Below are positions 12,231-25,708 of a stretch of 64,000 nucleotides of DNA, in pieces (the first letter of the stretch is position 1; each line of letters opens with the position of its first letter). The stretch is from Chiloscyllium plagiosum. Its lineage: Eukaryota. Under the pieces are notes generated by a model. That model did no database searches and was not told the DNA's origin. It worked only from the letters and a program-made list of their open reading frames with translations. The stretch lies in the NCBI RefSeq assembly GCF_004010195.1, contig NC_057720.1:26672890-26736889 (forward strand), in the 5' to 3' direction. The translations under genes were made by a program, and so were the position numbers.

Positions 12231-14749
12231 ATATTCTACTGAAGTCACACACAGTTTGTGGGTGAAGACAAGAGTTCTCCACCAGCTTTCAGAGGAAGCA
12301 AATGTATCGATAACAGCTCCCTAAGGTTCCGGTAATAAAGCTTGATCAAATGTAGTTGTTTTTATTGCTATCATGCAACAAACCTTCATGTCGTCTTATT
12401 GGCAGTACAGGACCATTAATTCCATACAGAAGACTGGTGAAGATTATTGTTTTTACCTTAAATTTGGTCTGGAATCGAAAGCTATAGTTACTCCGCATGC
12501 ATTTGCAGTATCTGCTCAATATGCTTTTCACTTTAGAAAGCTTATTGTACACCTCCTTTTCCTTGACATTGAAAAAAAGTTGAAATTCCACAAATAGGTA
12601 GATTGTTTGAAAGCATTCAACTCAGATTCCTCAATGCCAATGGACTATATTCCTCTTGGGATGCAGGCCAATGCAGGACTTCAGTTTTCTCTAAGCTGAA
12701 TTTTAGTCTAAACAGTTGTGCTACATCAGAAAAAAACATGTTGTACTTTGCAGATCTGACTGACTGTGGACCAGCAGTGTGCAGTCAGCAGTGAAACTAA
12801 ATTTACACAGATGAGATTTTCCTGTGTATTTCTGTGAGCCTGCAGACACCTCTAAAACTTTAAAGACCCTGACTGACTCTGTAAGTTGAAGAGATCCCTC
12901 TGCCCAACAGCTTTAACTGGAAGGGAACCTGTCTTGATGCTAAAATTAGCATCAAGCTAATTAGCAACCCTTGAAAACTCTCAGTTAATCACCATTTTTC
13001 TCTGCAGAATGGTTCGGATCCTGGTCAGAATATTTCCTGGACTGGAGGAAAAAAAAGTTCAGCTTGATGATTTCCTTCAGTAGATAGTTATGAAATGATA
13101 AATAAAACTAAAAACAATTTTAAATCAATTCACTGACTCCCAGAATCCCATAGCAGAAAGCAATCGAGGAGCAAATGTCAGGAGCTATTTAAAACTGCCT
13201 CACTGATGTAATGAAATGCATTAAGTTACAGGCCTGTACCTCCCCACAGAGGGTGTCCAGTAAAAGCAGGCTCAAGAGCCATTGAATTATGGGAACACTT
13301 AGGTTTCAGGCACATGAGGCACAGAGCATTCAGTCTATAGCATAGGGAGAACAGGAGTAGTGAGATGGTGAGGTAGGGTTAAGACAATCTCGGTGCAGTA
13401 AAATACATAAACATCCTGATTATGGCTGGTATTATTACTGTTTTTACATTGGTGCATTCATAAAATTATACAGCACAACAGGAGGCCATTCAGCCAGTCG
13501 AGTCCAGGACAGCTCAGTGGTAGTTATCCAATTAATCCCAAATTCTCGTTCTTCCACCATTTTCCTGTGAAAGTTCTTGCAAGTTGTTAGCAGAATTCCC
13601 TAAGGTCAGTAACATCCAATTCTAGGGGATTCCTGGACAGTCTCAGTGTCCTAGGAGCTTTAGTGTCCTTGTGACTGGATGGAATGGGTTTTTGTTTAAT
13701 GTTAAATAGACTCTTTAACAGTGAATTAAGGTTTGAGGCACTGGACTTCATTCAAAACTGGGAATCTACCCTCACACATAAAAATAAACACAGCTTATAT
13801 GTTTAAATAGGCTTAAAATATGTTTCACACTTCACTAGTTCCTGTCTCCAGACAGTTTCCAAACAGACTGCTATAGGGACCTGCTTGCCTTTCTCCAATA
13901 ATGACATCGGTGCAGTAAGCACTGGGTTCAATGTCAGCCATGATCTATAGGGCTGGAAGTCAGGTTGAGTCCCCAGTCAATTATGAGACAGCTGTGGTCC
14001 AGGTATTGTTGACATTACAGAGCTAAAATGGAAAAGAGAGCGTGGAGTAATCACTTAATGTTTGTGCTCACCAGTCTGGGAACAATGCTAACAATTAATG
14101 AGATGTTTGTGTTGGTTTATGTTTGTGAAAAAACAGGTCAGTCGGCTCCCAGTGCAGAGGTTGACAATCACTTAATTTGTAGGTAAGCCTTCCTTGAATT
14201 CAAATGTAGGCCGCATTTGCTGCTCGTTGAAAAAGGGGGGCTTGGGTTTCCAGTTCTCTGAGGACTCGAGATTGTCAGATGGAATGTTACATAATCCTGG
14301 ATTCTGACAAAGAATTTAAACAGGAAGCTCCATGCCCAACCAGAAATGAGAAATGCAAATTAAATATTGTATTGCAAATTCTTTTCTCACTTGTTTATAA
14401 ATACATTTTGCGAATGAGGGACTTCATATAACCCCTGAGACTGCATCATGCAAAAACTGACTTAACAAGTAATGTATGGATCTTCAGACATGTTTATTTT
14501 TACTGCTAATTTAGCAGAGTTGTGAAAACAAACAAGTTTGTGGGACTACTAATTGGTTCTTTTTAACGTGTTCATCAGATGTGCCTATCTTCAATTGTCC
14601 TTGAGGCCTGGTAGATGCCTCTTTAAAATACTGCAATCCATATACAATGATAAAGCCAAATATTTCCATGCAAACAAAGCTAAAGCCTGAGCAGAAGGGT
14701 TTTTGTGTTACTCTCTCCTTCTTTCCTTTATAAATTCTATATATATATT

Positions 14750-16730
14750 TAGGAACAGGTGTGGGCCATTCAGCCCCTTAAGCTTATTGCACCACTCAAT
14801 GGGATCATAACTGATCTGTGGCCTAACTCCATATACCTGCCATTGAGCAATATCCATTAATACCTTTGCTAAAACATTATTCACCTATCTCAGATTTAAA
14901 ATTCACAAGTGAGCCTGCATTCACATGTGGATGAGAATTCCAAACATCTGCCATCATTTGCTGATAAGTGTTTCCTAACATCTCCCCTGAATTGTCTGGC
15001 ACTAATTCTCATACTATACACCCTGGTTCCAGAATCCCCAACCAGTAGAAATACTTTATCTTTATCCACCCTGTTGATATCTCAAATACTTCAATCAGAT
15101 CACCTCTTATCCTTCTAAATCTGAGGGAAAAAAGCCTAATTTGTATAATCTCTCCTTGTAGCTAAAGTGCAAAAGTCATTTTTGTCAACCTACATGGTAC
15201 TGCTTTCAATGCCGATATATCCTTCCTGATGTGTGGTGCCCAGATCTGATCATTGGATATCCAAGTGAGGTCTAACCATGAATTTGTAAAGCTGCAGCAT
15301 AGCTTCTGCTTTCTTATACTCCAATCCTCTAGATATAAAGCCGAGCATTCCGTTAGCTTTCTTAAATATTTTCTGCATCTGTTCATGACATTTTAAAGAT
15401 CTATGAACCTGAGTCCCAAAGTCTCTGTATTTAACTTCATACCTTCTGGGAAGTATCAGGATCCTAATGAGTCCAAAATGGATAACCTCATTCTTGTTTA
15501 TATTTAACTCCATCTGCCACAGTTTTTTTTCCCATTCACTTAGCATAAAATTACATCAGGATATTGATAGACTATCACCTACACTGTCTGGGTAGTTGCC
15601 CAACTTTGTGTCATCAACCAATTCGGACATATCACTTTCTGTGCCATTATCCAAGTTGTTAAATAATATGAATAGTTGAAGCCCTAACACAGATTCTTGT
15701 GGGACATCTCTGGGCATATCCTGCCAATTTGAATACCTACCTATTATCCTTATTTTCTGTCACCTGCCACTCAATCAGTTTCCTAGCCATGTCAGTAATT
15801 TCCCCTCAATACCATAGATTTTCATTTTAGTTAACAGTCTCTTATATGGGACTTCATCAAATGTCTTCTGGAAGCCCATATAAACAACATCCATAGACAG
15901 TTCCCTACCTTAGACACCTCTTCAAAAAATTCCATAAGAATTGTCAGGCATGACCTACCTGTCATGAATCCATGCAGTCTCTCTCTCTCTGATTAACTGG
16001 AAAGTTTCAAGGTGCTCAGTTACCCCTATCCTTGATTACAGACTCTGACACTTACCCCACCATAGGTGCTAGGCTAACTGGTCTGTAATTCCCTAGTTTT
16101 CATCCTTCTTAAGAAGTGGAGCGGCATGTGCAATGTTCCAATACAAAGGGACAAATCTTGTATCTAGGAATCTCTGAAAGAATATAGTTAAGGCATCTAC
16201 AAATGTGCTCCCATAGAGATTGTCACTCTAATTCCATTTATTTCCTTATTACAAATGTTTTACTTAAGTTAATTTTATTCAGCCCCTGTTCCCAATTCAC
16301 TTCTAATTTCCCTGGAATTTCTGGCAACCTATCCTCCATTTCTATTGTAAATGCTGAGGCAAATGTAATTATTCAACATGTCTGCCATTTCCCCACAATC
16401 ATAACAATATCCTTACTTTCAGTCTTTTGTTGTTCAACAATGCTCCTGACCACCCATTTTCTCTTTGTGTAATTATAAATTTTTTTCTTATTAATTTGAT
16501 ATCCCTGGCAAGTTCCTTTTCAGTAACTTTTATAAACTGCATTGTGCCCCTTTGTTGGTCTTTGTATCTTTCCCAATCAGCAGAATACATATCGGGTTTC
16601 TTTTTGCATTTTCTACGTTCTTACTTTTAGTTTAATGCTGTCCCTTATCTCTTTAGTTGTCCATTGCTGTTTTTCTGCAAAGTAGAGAGTTTCCCTCTCA
16701 GGAATGTGTACAGGTTTATACATACTTTAA
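14750..16730 (-). mobile_element. Old CR1 LINE, RT region
   Basis: ORF 15250..15546 KLWQMELNINKNEVIHFG…KKANGMLGFISRGLEYK…VRPHLD; further decayed RT motifs upstream. Confidence 0.85.
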
Positions 16731-16789
16731 TAAACATCTAGAAGGGTCCACCCTGGATTAATCTCTGAACACTAACAACATAGTGCAGT

Positions 16790-17440
16790 AGACCCTCCAT
16801 GCTGTAAGATAGGGAGTCCCAGGTTTATAACTCAGCAACAGTAAAATAACAGCAATATCATCGTATATATCAGGTAATTGTGTAGATTGGAGAGGAACTT
16901 TCAGGTGGTGGTATTCCCATGTCTCTTCTCTGCTGAGTTGTAGCAGTGGGTGGATTGCATTGCTGCGATTGCCAGAGGTGGAGGGAGGGGATTTTCAGAG
17001 TAGTTGATGGAATGCCAGTCAAAGGGGCTGTTTTGTACAGGATGATGTTGAATGTCTTAAATGTTATAGAGCTGCACTCATCCAGGCAAGTGGAATGGAT
17101 TTCATATAGAGTGTGGGAAGGAAGTGACTTATTCAGCAGAGAATTACAAGTCTCTAGGCTATTCTTTGAGTCATGGTATTTAAGTGTCTGGTCCAGTTAG
17201 GCTTCTGGTCAATAGTGATAGCCAGGGTGTTGATGGTGGGGCTTTCAATGATGGTTATTCCATTGAATGTTAAGGAGAATTGGTCAGATTTTCTATTTTT
17301 GCCAACAGTTTTAACTTTGCACTGTGCAGTGTGCACGCTCTTTGACAGTTCTCAGCCCAAGCCTGCAGGCTATTTAAACCTTGTTGCATGTTGGCACAAC
17401 GTCTTCATTCTCTGAGGAGCTGCAAATGGAACTGAATGTT
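16790..17440 (-). mobile_element. Decayed CR1-clade LINE of another family
   Basis: ORF 17154..17336 LTFNGITIIESPTINTLAITIDQKPNWTRHLN; related pieces at ~37060-39130 and 43600-44330. Confidence 0.65.
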
Positions 17441-17743
17441 AATTATATATTAAATAGGTTTAATTGTCTGCAGCTAGTTGCCATTAGCTGGGAATTAATT
17501 AAGCCCCCTATTAGCTTATACAGACCAAGACGATGATTATTGAGGTTAGAAGATTATGCTTGAAACATAAAACTCTGAAACTAAATATAAAAATGATTAG
17601 CTCCAGTTACTCCTTCAACAAACTTGCAGGAACAAGCATTTAATGCTGTACAATCATAGCAAATGTGTGGTGCTGGAAAAGCACAGCAGGTCAGGCAGCA
17701 TCCAAGGAGCAGGAGAATCGATGTTTCGTGCATAAGCCCTTCA

Positions 17744-18825
17744 TTACACTAACCAACTTCATTACCCTCACTAATACTCAACAATGGAGCCCCCTACTGT
17801 ACTGCGGATGACACTACCATAGTCGGTCGAATCTCAGATGGTAACGAAGCAGACTGCGGACGGGAGGTGGAGGACCTGGAAAAATGGTGCATTGAGAACA
17901 ACCTAGCTCTGAATGCTGGCAAAACCAAGGAACTCATTATTGACTTTCAGCTGGATGTTACTTATAGAACATAGAACATAGAAGAATACAGCGCAGTACA
18001 GGCCCTTCGGCCCTCGATGTTGCGCCGATCCAAGCCCACCTAACCTACACTAGCCCACTATCCTCCATATGCCTATCCAATGCCCGCTTAAATGCCCATA
18101 ATGAGGGAGAGTCCACCACTGCTATTGGCAGGGCATTCCATGAACTCACGACTCGCTGAGTAAAGACCCGCAATACATTAACAGCACAGAGTGGAAGGAG
18201 TAGAGAGTATCAAGCTCCTGGGAGTGGTCATCCATAACAAGCTTTGTTAGACTCTTCATGTGAATACATTGGTCACAAAGGCCCAACAACGGCTCTTCTT
18301 CCTCAGGCAGCTGAGGAAATTTGGCATGACAGTGAATACCCTTGCCAACTTTTATAGGTGTGCCATCGAAAGCATTCTGAATGGATGTACCGCTAGCTGG
18401 TATGGCAACAATACCATTCAAGATCGGAAATGGTTACAGTGAGCAGTGAACTCGGCTCAGACAATCACTCAGGCCAACCTCCCATCTATAGAATCCATCT
18501 ACCAGGCCCGCTGTCAAGGAAAGGCTACCAGTATTTTCAAAGATCCATCCCACCCTGGCAATGTTTTTCTACAACCTCTACCATCAGGGAGAAGGTACAG
18601 AAGCCTGAATACACGTACCAGCCGGTTTTGAAACAGTTTCTACCCTACTGTTGTTAGAATACTGAATGGACTCACGAACTGTTAACATTCGTCTGTACCT
18701 ATGTTTTTGTTTTTGCCGCTGTTTACCTATTATTTACTATGAATGCTACTTAACTATGTGATCTGCCTGTATTGCTCACAAGACTGTGCCTCAGTACAAG
18801 TGACAATAAATTCAGTTCAATTCAA
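17744..18825 (+). mobile_element. Rex1/Babar-type LINE 3' fragment (DUF1891-like C-terminus)
   Basis: ADDTTIVGRISDGNE…WCIENNLALNAGKTKELIIDF; KAQQRLFFLRQLRKFGM…NFYRCAIESIL…WYGN; DPSHPGN.FLQPLPSGRRYRSL; aataaa plus (ttcaa)n tail. Confidence 0.85.
17963..18165 (-). mobile_element. CR1 3' end (TTCTATG-tail family) nested in the Rex1 fragment
   Basis: (atagaac)n tail plus acaggcccttcggccctcgatgttgcgccga, the same family as the copy at 33270. Confidence 0.85.
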
Positions 18826-19632
18826 TCAGGAATCCTTTCCTGATGAAGAACTTATGCCCAAAATGTCGATTCTCCTACTCCTCGAATACTGTCTGACCTG
18901 CTGTATTTTTCCAGCACCACACTCTTGACTCTGACCTCCAGCATCTGCAGTGCTCACTTTCTATTAATTGTAGCGAATGCCCACTTCTGACGTTACAAGA
19001 GGTGGAAGATTGTTGGGGTGAGTCAACACCCTGACAAACCCCTGGAGTGATACCTGACATTGAGATGATTGGCATTTAAAAACCACAAATATCGCCCTTT
19101 CTATCTCGTATGACTCCTGCCAAAGGATAGCTTTTCCATCACACCCGTTGACCTGAATGTTGCTTGATGCCGCACATGGTCAGGTGCTTTTCTGAGTTAA
19201 AGAGCAGGCATTAACACCTTGTGTCTTAACCTCAGCCCTTTTGTCCTCTGTGGACTTGGGCTGCCAGGAGGTCTTGAATCAAATGAATCTTACATAATTT
19301 AAATTAATACTCATCCTCTAGAATCTATCAGCATAAATCATGATTAGAATCATAGAGTCATAGAGATGTACAGCATGGAAACAGACCCTTCGGTCCAACC
19401 CGTCCATGCCGACCAGATATCCCAACCCAATCTAGTCCCACCTGCCAGCACCCAGCCCATATCCCTCCAAACCCTTCCTATTCGTAAACCCATCCAAACG
19501 CCTCGTCAATGTTGCAATTGTACCAGCCTCCACCACTTCCTCTGGCAGCTCATTCCATACATGTACCAACCTCTGCGTGAAAAAGTTGCCCCTTAGGTCT
19601 CTTTTATATCTTTTCCCTCTCACCCTAAACCT

Positions 19633-19855
19633 GTGGGCGGCACGGTGGCACAGTGGGCGGCACGGTGGCACAGTGGTTAGCACTGCTGCCTCGCAGCGCC
19701 AGAGACCCTGGTTCAATTCCCGACTCAGGCGACTGACTGTGTGGAGTTTGCACGTTCTCCCCGTGTCTGCGTGGGTTTCCTCCAGGGGCTCCGGTTTCCT
19801 CCCACAGTCCAAAGATGTGCAAGTCAGGTGAATTGGCCATGCTAAATTGCCCGTA
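19633..19855 (+). mobile_element. HE1-type tRNA-derived SINE (5' 20-mer duplicated; 3' end lies in the gap)
   Basis: A-box tggcacagtgg, B-box ggttcaattccc, core gtgtggagtttgcacgttctccccgtgtctgcgtgggtttcc. Confidence 0.9.
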
Positions 19856-20161
19856 NNNNNNNNNNNNNNNNNNNNNNNNNNNNNNNNNNNNNNNNNNNNN
19901 NNNNNNNNNNNNNNNNNNNNNNNNNNNNNNNNNNNNNNNNNNNNNNNNNNNNNNNNNNNNNNNNNNNNNNNNNNNNNNNNNNNNNNNNNNNNNNNNNNNN
20001 NNNNNNNNNNNNNNNNNNNNNNNNNNNNNNNNNNNNNNNNNNNNNNNNNNNNNNNNNNNNNNNNNNNNNNNNNNNNNNNNNNNNNNNNNNNNNNNNNNNN
20101 NNNNNNNNNNNNNNNNNNNNNNNNNNNNNNNNNNNNNNNNNNNNNNNNNNNNNNNNNNNNN
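19856..20161. other. Assembly gap (306 N)
   Basis: Run of N. Confidence 1.
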
Positions 20162-21362
20162 CCTTACCATTAAGTGTATAAGTCCTGCTAAGATTTGCTT
20201 TCCCAAAATGCAGCACCTCGCATTTATCTGAATTAAACTCCATCTGCCACTTCTCAGCTCATTGGCCCATCTAGTCCAGATCCACTACACCTACAATTTT
20301 GGTGTCATCTGCAAACTTACTAACTGTACCTCTTATGCTCGCATCCAAATCATTTATGTAAATGACAAAAAGTAGAGGGCCCAGCACCAATCCTTGTGGC
20401 ACCCCACTGGTCACAGGCCTCCAGTCTGATTGTTTGAACTGTGTCGTTACCTCACTTGTGAATGACAACAGTGCTCTTACAGATAGCGTGGCCTGCTCCC
20501 CTTCCCCACAGTGTAAACTAAGAAGAACCTTGCTAAACTATTGTCCAAATAAGATATTGAGTGGCTCATTCAGGTTGCTGCTTGGTTTTCAGGGGAAGGT
20601 ACAGATTGCAGATAATATCAGGCAACAGGTTAGCTGACCGAGAATGCTCAAAATAAGCCTTTGCCATAAAGTCATTTGCACAATATCAATATTATTAATC
20701 TGAAAGTGGAGAAGAAAATAACATGGAAAACACAAAGAGACTGGCAGCTGAGGACCTGAAAGTTATTACCTGAGTCTATGACATGTTGAAAGGAAGAGAT
20801 AGGTCCTTGCAAAGATTACAGTCCAGTGACCTTCAAACAAGACCTAACTCTGTCTAATCTACATGACTCATGTCTTGTCTTGCATTGTATTAACCTGCTG
20901 AACATTCATGAGACTAATTAATGTCAGTAATGTAAAATCTGAAAGGTCTTCTGGTGGCATAATAGGCAGCATTCCTACAGAGACAGTCATTCAGGGTTGA
21001 AGTTTGACTCTAAGACTTGATGATTAAGGAAGTCACACAGGTACATTATTAACATGTAAATCCTTCCATTTTCTGCCAAAGTCAAGCTGTCAGTGAGGTT
21101 GGAGAGTTCCCTGGTCAGCTGGGGAGGAAAGAAATTATACCCTCTGCCAACGCTATTCATAGCTACAGGATATAACATAAATAGGAAAGTGCAAGTTGGG
21201 CAACTCAGCTCTTTAGGGAGAAGTCAGTTGGCTGGATAGTCAGTGTAGATTGATACCAATGGATTGAAACCACAGGGTTTAATTCCTGTTCTGGCTTGAA
21301 TGGATTTGAGACCTGCTTTTTGACCTATCGATGTGTTAGACCCGCTTTCAGTCAAAGGACTC

Positions 21363-21381
21363 AAGAAGAAGAAGAAGAAGA
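21363..21381. repeat. (AAG)6 microsatellite
   Basis: aagaagaagaagaagaaga. Confidence 0.9.
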
Positions 21382-21554
21382 ACGTACAATCTACACCAAC
21401 ACCATAAACAACACTGCCACTACTCAAACAAAGAGCAGCAGAATTTAAAGTGCAATAATGTTCAAGGGCACAGGAATTGGGATGAGGCTGAATATGTTTC
21501 TTATAAAATTTAAAAGGATCTGAAGAAGGCCAATACAGACATGGTTTCCTTTGG

Positions 21555-22356
21555 TGCCATGAATTTTACAGTTCTATGAAATTTCTTCCTTTTCTTTGAT
21601 CATACTTACTACATAAATGCCCTGTCTTTATATCTTTCTACTGTTTAAAACTATGGACTGAAAAGAGCAAGAACTGTAGCTGCATATTGTAGCAAAGTGC
21701 AGACATAGTGGAGCTGAGTGGCCATTGACAGGTAAAGCTGATTGGTTAGTTGACCATTGATCAGTTATCAATGTGATCGGTTGTCAAGAAGTGAAACAGC
21801 TTGGGATGCAAGCAAGACACAGAAGCTGGTCAGACCAGAGAGGAAACCCAACAGGTCTCTCTCAGTTCTTTGCATTTAGCTACGTTGGATCACTTTGGAC
21901 TGGATAAGAGACCTTTCGGAAGTGAACCAGCCACCCTGTGCCTCTTGCAAACCAGTGGAAGCATTCAGAAAATAGAAGTCTGAGGAGAGACCTTCAGATC
22001 AGCAAGAACCAATCTAACAGATCTTGTGAACAAAAACTATGGAACTTTTTCTAGATTTTCCTCTGCCTATGTGATTTCCCTCTTGTTTATGTCTGACTGC
22101 ATGTGTAAGGGGCAGTTTAAAAGAGGTTTAGAGATTTAATTTGTAAAATATATTTAATTTTGTCTAATTGTTTACCTGTAATACATCATGATTCTTGTCA
22201 AATGTAGGAACCCTGACCATGTTTTCTATCAACCTGGGTCTGAAAATTAGGTAGTTTGGGAAATTTGTATATTTCATTTAAAAATGTTAACTTTTATGAT
22301 GATTCTGTGAATAGCAGACCTCGATTTCCAGTGCACTACTGCACTGAGTTATGACA
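21555..22356 (+). mobile_element. Possible solo LTR
   Basis: tgccatga…ttatgaca imperfect inverted termini and LTR-like composition; no clear TSD. Confidence 0.3.
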
Positions 22357-23039
22357 TTACAACCGGTTATGTACAAAATTTGTCTTCACAATGCTTTTCT
22401 CTTCTAAGATAGCTAATCTCAACCAGGCGATAATGATAGGACTATAAATGCATTTGCATACCTCAGGTTATGGAAGAAAGCAATCATTGCCTGATCACTA
22501 TCTGGGAACCTATAAATAGATACAGACCAAACTGTGATATTCAGGTTGGGAGATGGGAAATTGCAATGTGTATCTCTGTAAATAAATATAAAATTATAAA
22601 AAGATTGGAACCAGTTCTATCTTTCACCAGTTAGTTTGCTGAACATTAAATACTGCAAGTCTCAACAATTATCTCCAATTCTGACATTATGATAGGTGGA
22701 AGGCTTTTGATGAAGCGGCTAAAGATACTTAGGGTAAGTTACTGCATGAGGAACTCCAGCAGTGACATCCTGCAACTACGTTGATTGGTTTCTAACAACT
22801 GCAACTTACTTTGTGTCTGAAGTTACAAGTATCATAATATGGGTAGCAAATGAAGATAAGTAGATTCCATTATATCGATCAATGTGATCAATTAGCTCCA
22901 TTCACTGCTCAATTTCCACACAGAACAAATAAACATTTGGCAACATACAGGATGGTCACTGACACTTGAAGATGCTTAATCTGAAGTTTTGAGTGTTCTT
23001 GCAATGCAGTGATAGTGTCCCTAACCCTAGAGTGGAAGG

Positions 23040-23164
23040 AGAAAGTGAGGGCTGGAGATGCTGGAGATCAGGGTTGAGAGTGTCGTGCTGGAAAAGGACA
23101 GCAGGTCAACTCCTGTTCTTCGGATGCTGCCTGACCTGCTGTGCTTTTCCAGCACTACACTCTC
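23040..23164. mobile_element. Palindromic mini-PLE (family A), centre and HHR deleted, 17 bp TSD
   Basis: TSD aaccctagagtggaagg (23023-23039) / aaccctggagtggaagg (23165-23181). Confidence 0.85.
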
Positions 23165-24601
23165 AACCCTGGAGTGGAAGGCCCTGTGTGATTAGAAAAA
23201 TAGCTTAAATTAAAAAAAACTCATCTTATTTTGGAAGGGGAGCATTGCTCAGGGAAGTAATACATGTTTTTGACGAGCCCATTGTTCATTGAGTCTTACA
23301 TCCCTATTTACATGTTCCTTTTTTTTGGCTATATTTCAAACAACCGTAGGGATGAAGATATGGTCCAATGGAATTAGGGATATCCCATCGGAAATTTTGT
23401 TGAATCCGATCTGGAAGATCCTAATCCTTTCTGCCTGCCCTTGGCCCACATATCCCTCCATTCTTTACATATTAATGTGCTTATTTAAAAATCCCTTGAA
23501 TGCCCTTACTGTATCTCCCTCCACCTCCACCCTTGGCAGTGCATTCAAGACTCCTCCCACTTTCTGTGTAAAAAAAAACTTGACCTTCACACCTCCTTTG
23601 AATTTTCCTCCCAAACCTTAAATGCATGCCCCATTTGGAATAGACATTCCAACTCGAGGAAAAGAATCTGACTGTCAACTCTATCTACGCATCTCATAAC
23701 CTGATAGACTTCTATCAAGTCTCCCCTCAGTCTCTACCCCTCAAAGAAAACAACCCAAGTTTTTCTAGCCTCTCCTTATAGCTCATACTCTTTAATCCAG
23801 GCAACCCGCTTCTGCACCCTCTCCAAAGCCTCCACATCCTTCTTACAATGTGGCGACCAGAATGGAATGCAATATGCTGAGTGAGGCCTAACCAAAGTCT
23901 TACACAGCTGCAACATGACATGTTGACTCTTGTACTCAGTTCCCTGACCAATAAAGACAAACATACCATACATCTTCTTTGCTACCCTATCTATTTGCAT
24001 GGCTACTTTCAGGGAGCTATGGACTTGAACTCCAAGATCCTCCTGTACATCAGTACTATTCAGAGTCCTGCCAACAACTCTATAGTTTTCCTTAACATTT
24101 GATCTCCCAAAGTACAGCATCTCACACTTACCCAAATTAAACTCCATCTGCTATTTCTCCACCCATATTTGCAACTGATCTATATCCCACAGTATCCTTT
24201 GACAACCTTCTATACTACCCACAACTCCACTGATCTTTGTATCATCTGCAAACTAACTAACCCACTCATCTACAAGGTCATCCAAGTCATTTATACATAT
24301 CACAAACAGTAGAGGTCCCAGTACAGATCCCTGCAGAACACCTCTAGTCATGGACCTCCAGCCTGAAAAACACCCTTCCACCATTACCTTCTGTCTTCTA
24401 CAGGTAAGCCAATTCTGAATCCACGTCGTCAAGTCACCATGGTTTCATTCACCTTAATCTCTTGGATGAGGCTACCATGAGGGAATTTGTCAAAAACCTT
24501 ACTAAAATCCATGTAAATAACATCCTCTGGTCTACTGTCATCTTTGTCACCTCCTCGAAAAATTCAATCAAGTCAATAAGACATGACCTGCCCTGAACAA
24601 A

Positions 24602-24829
24602 GGCGTAGTCGAAACTTGTAGTGCTGGAAAAGCACAGCCAGTCAGGCAGCATCCAAGGAGCTGGAGAGTTGACATTTTGAGTATAAGTTCTTCATCAGGA
24701 ATGTGGTGATGAAGAGCTAATGCTTGAAATGTTACCTCTCCTGCTCCTCGGATGCTGCCTGATTGGCTGTGCTTTTCCAGCACCACAATTTCTGACTCTG
24801 ATCCTTCAAATCTGTTGTCCTCACTTTCT
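24602..24829. mobile_element. Palindromic mini-PLE (family A) inserted in CR1, 10 bp TSD
   Basis: TSD cctgaacaaa at 24592-24601 and 24830-24839; the CR1 reading frame resumes across it. Confidence 0.9.
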
Positions 24830-25708
24830 CCTGAACAAAACCATGTTGTCTGTCCCTAATTAGACCATGCTTTTCCAAATGTGCATAAATCCTATCCCTA
24901 AGAATTGTCTCCAATAGCTTCCCAAACACCGATGTGAGACTTACCGGTCTGTAGTTTCCTAGATTATCCCTACTTCCCTTCTTGAATAGAGGAACAACAT
25001 TAGCTACTTGCCAGTCCTCTAGGACCTCTCCAGTGACTAGGGAGGATACAAAGATCTTTGTCAAGGCCCCAGCAATCTCCTCTCTTTCCTCTCCCAGTAA
25101 TCTGGGGTAGATACCATTGGGCCCTGGGGACTTATTCACTTTAATGCTCTTCAAGAGAACCAACACTACTTCTTTCTTGATCTAAACATGCCAGAGTATA
25201 TTAGCATGCTCTACACAAATCTCACTATCCTTCATATCCTTCTTCTGGGTGAATATAAATGCAAAGTACTCATTTTGTGCCTCCAATCAGAAGTTTCCTC
25301 CTTTATCTTTGAGTAGTCTTACCCTCTCCCGAGTTAGCCTCTTGTTTTAATGTATCAATGGAATGCCTTGGAATTCTCTTTAACCCTACTTGTCAAAGTC
25401 ATTTCATAGCCCCTTCTTGCTCTCCTAATTCCCTGCTTGAGTACTTTCCTGCTTTCCTTATATTCCTCATGGGCCCTGTCTGATTTTAACTTGCTAAACC
25501 TTACCAATGCTTCTTTTTTCCCTTTGACTAAATTCACAACCTCCCTCATTGTCCCAGGGTCCCTTTTCTTGCCATCCTTGTCCTTCCTCCTTACTGGAAC
25601 ATGCTGGTATTAAACTCTCCTCAGCAGGTCTTTAAACAGTTCCCACATATCAAATGTGGACTTGCCTAATAACAGCTCCTCCCAATTAACACTCCCTAGC
25701 TCCTGTCT

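Larger units (their letters stand above)
17666..18965. mobile_element. Palindromic mini-PLE (family A) split by a nested LINE
   Basis: Left arm 17666-17743 and right arm ~18826-18965; CpG-decayed TSD aatcatagcaaatg (17652-17665) / aattgtagcgaatg (18966-18979). Confidence 0.8.
19347..20430 (-). mobile_element. CR1/HER1-type LINE interrupted by an HE1 SINE and an assembly gap
   Basis: Near-identical to 1632-2650; ORF 20271..20468 [24 protein letters not shown]…KFADDTK. Confidence 0.9.

Noticed and set aside
12990..13110. Strong splice acceptor (tttttctctgcag), short ORF and aataaa
   Set aside because: The peptide is unrecognisable and such signals are common by chance; needs RNA-seq
19650..19725. 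tRNA gene
   Set aside because: The A and B boxes belong to the HE1 SINE head; there is no cloverleaf or terminator
19625..20243. ORFs spanning X runs
   Set aside because: Artefacts of the N gap
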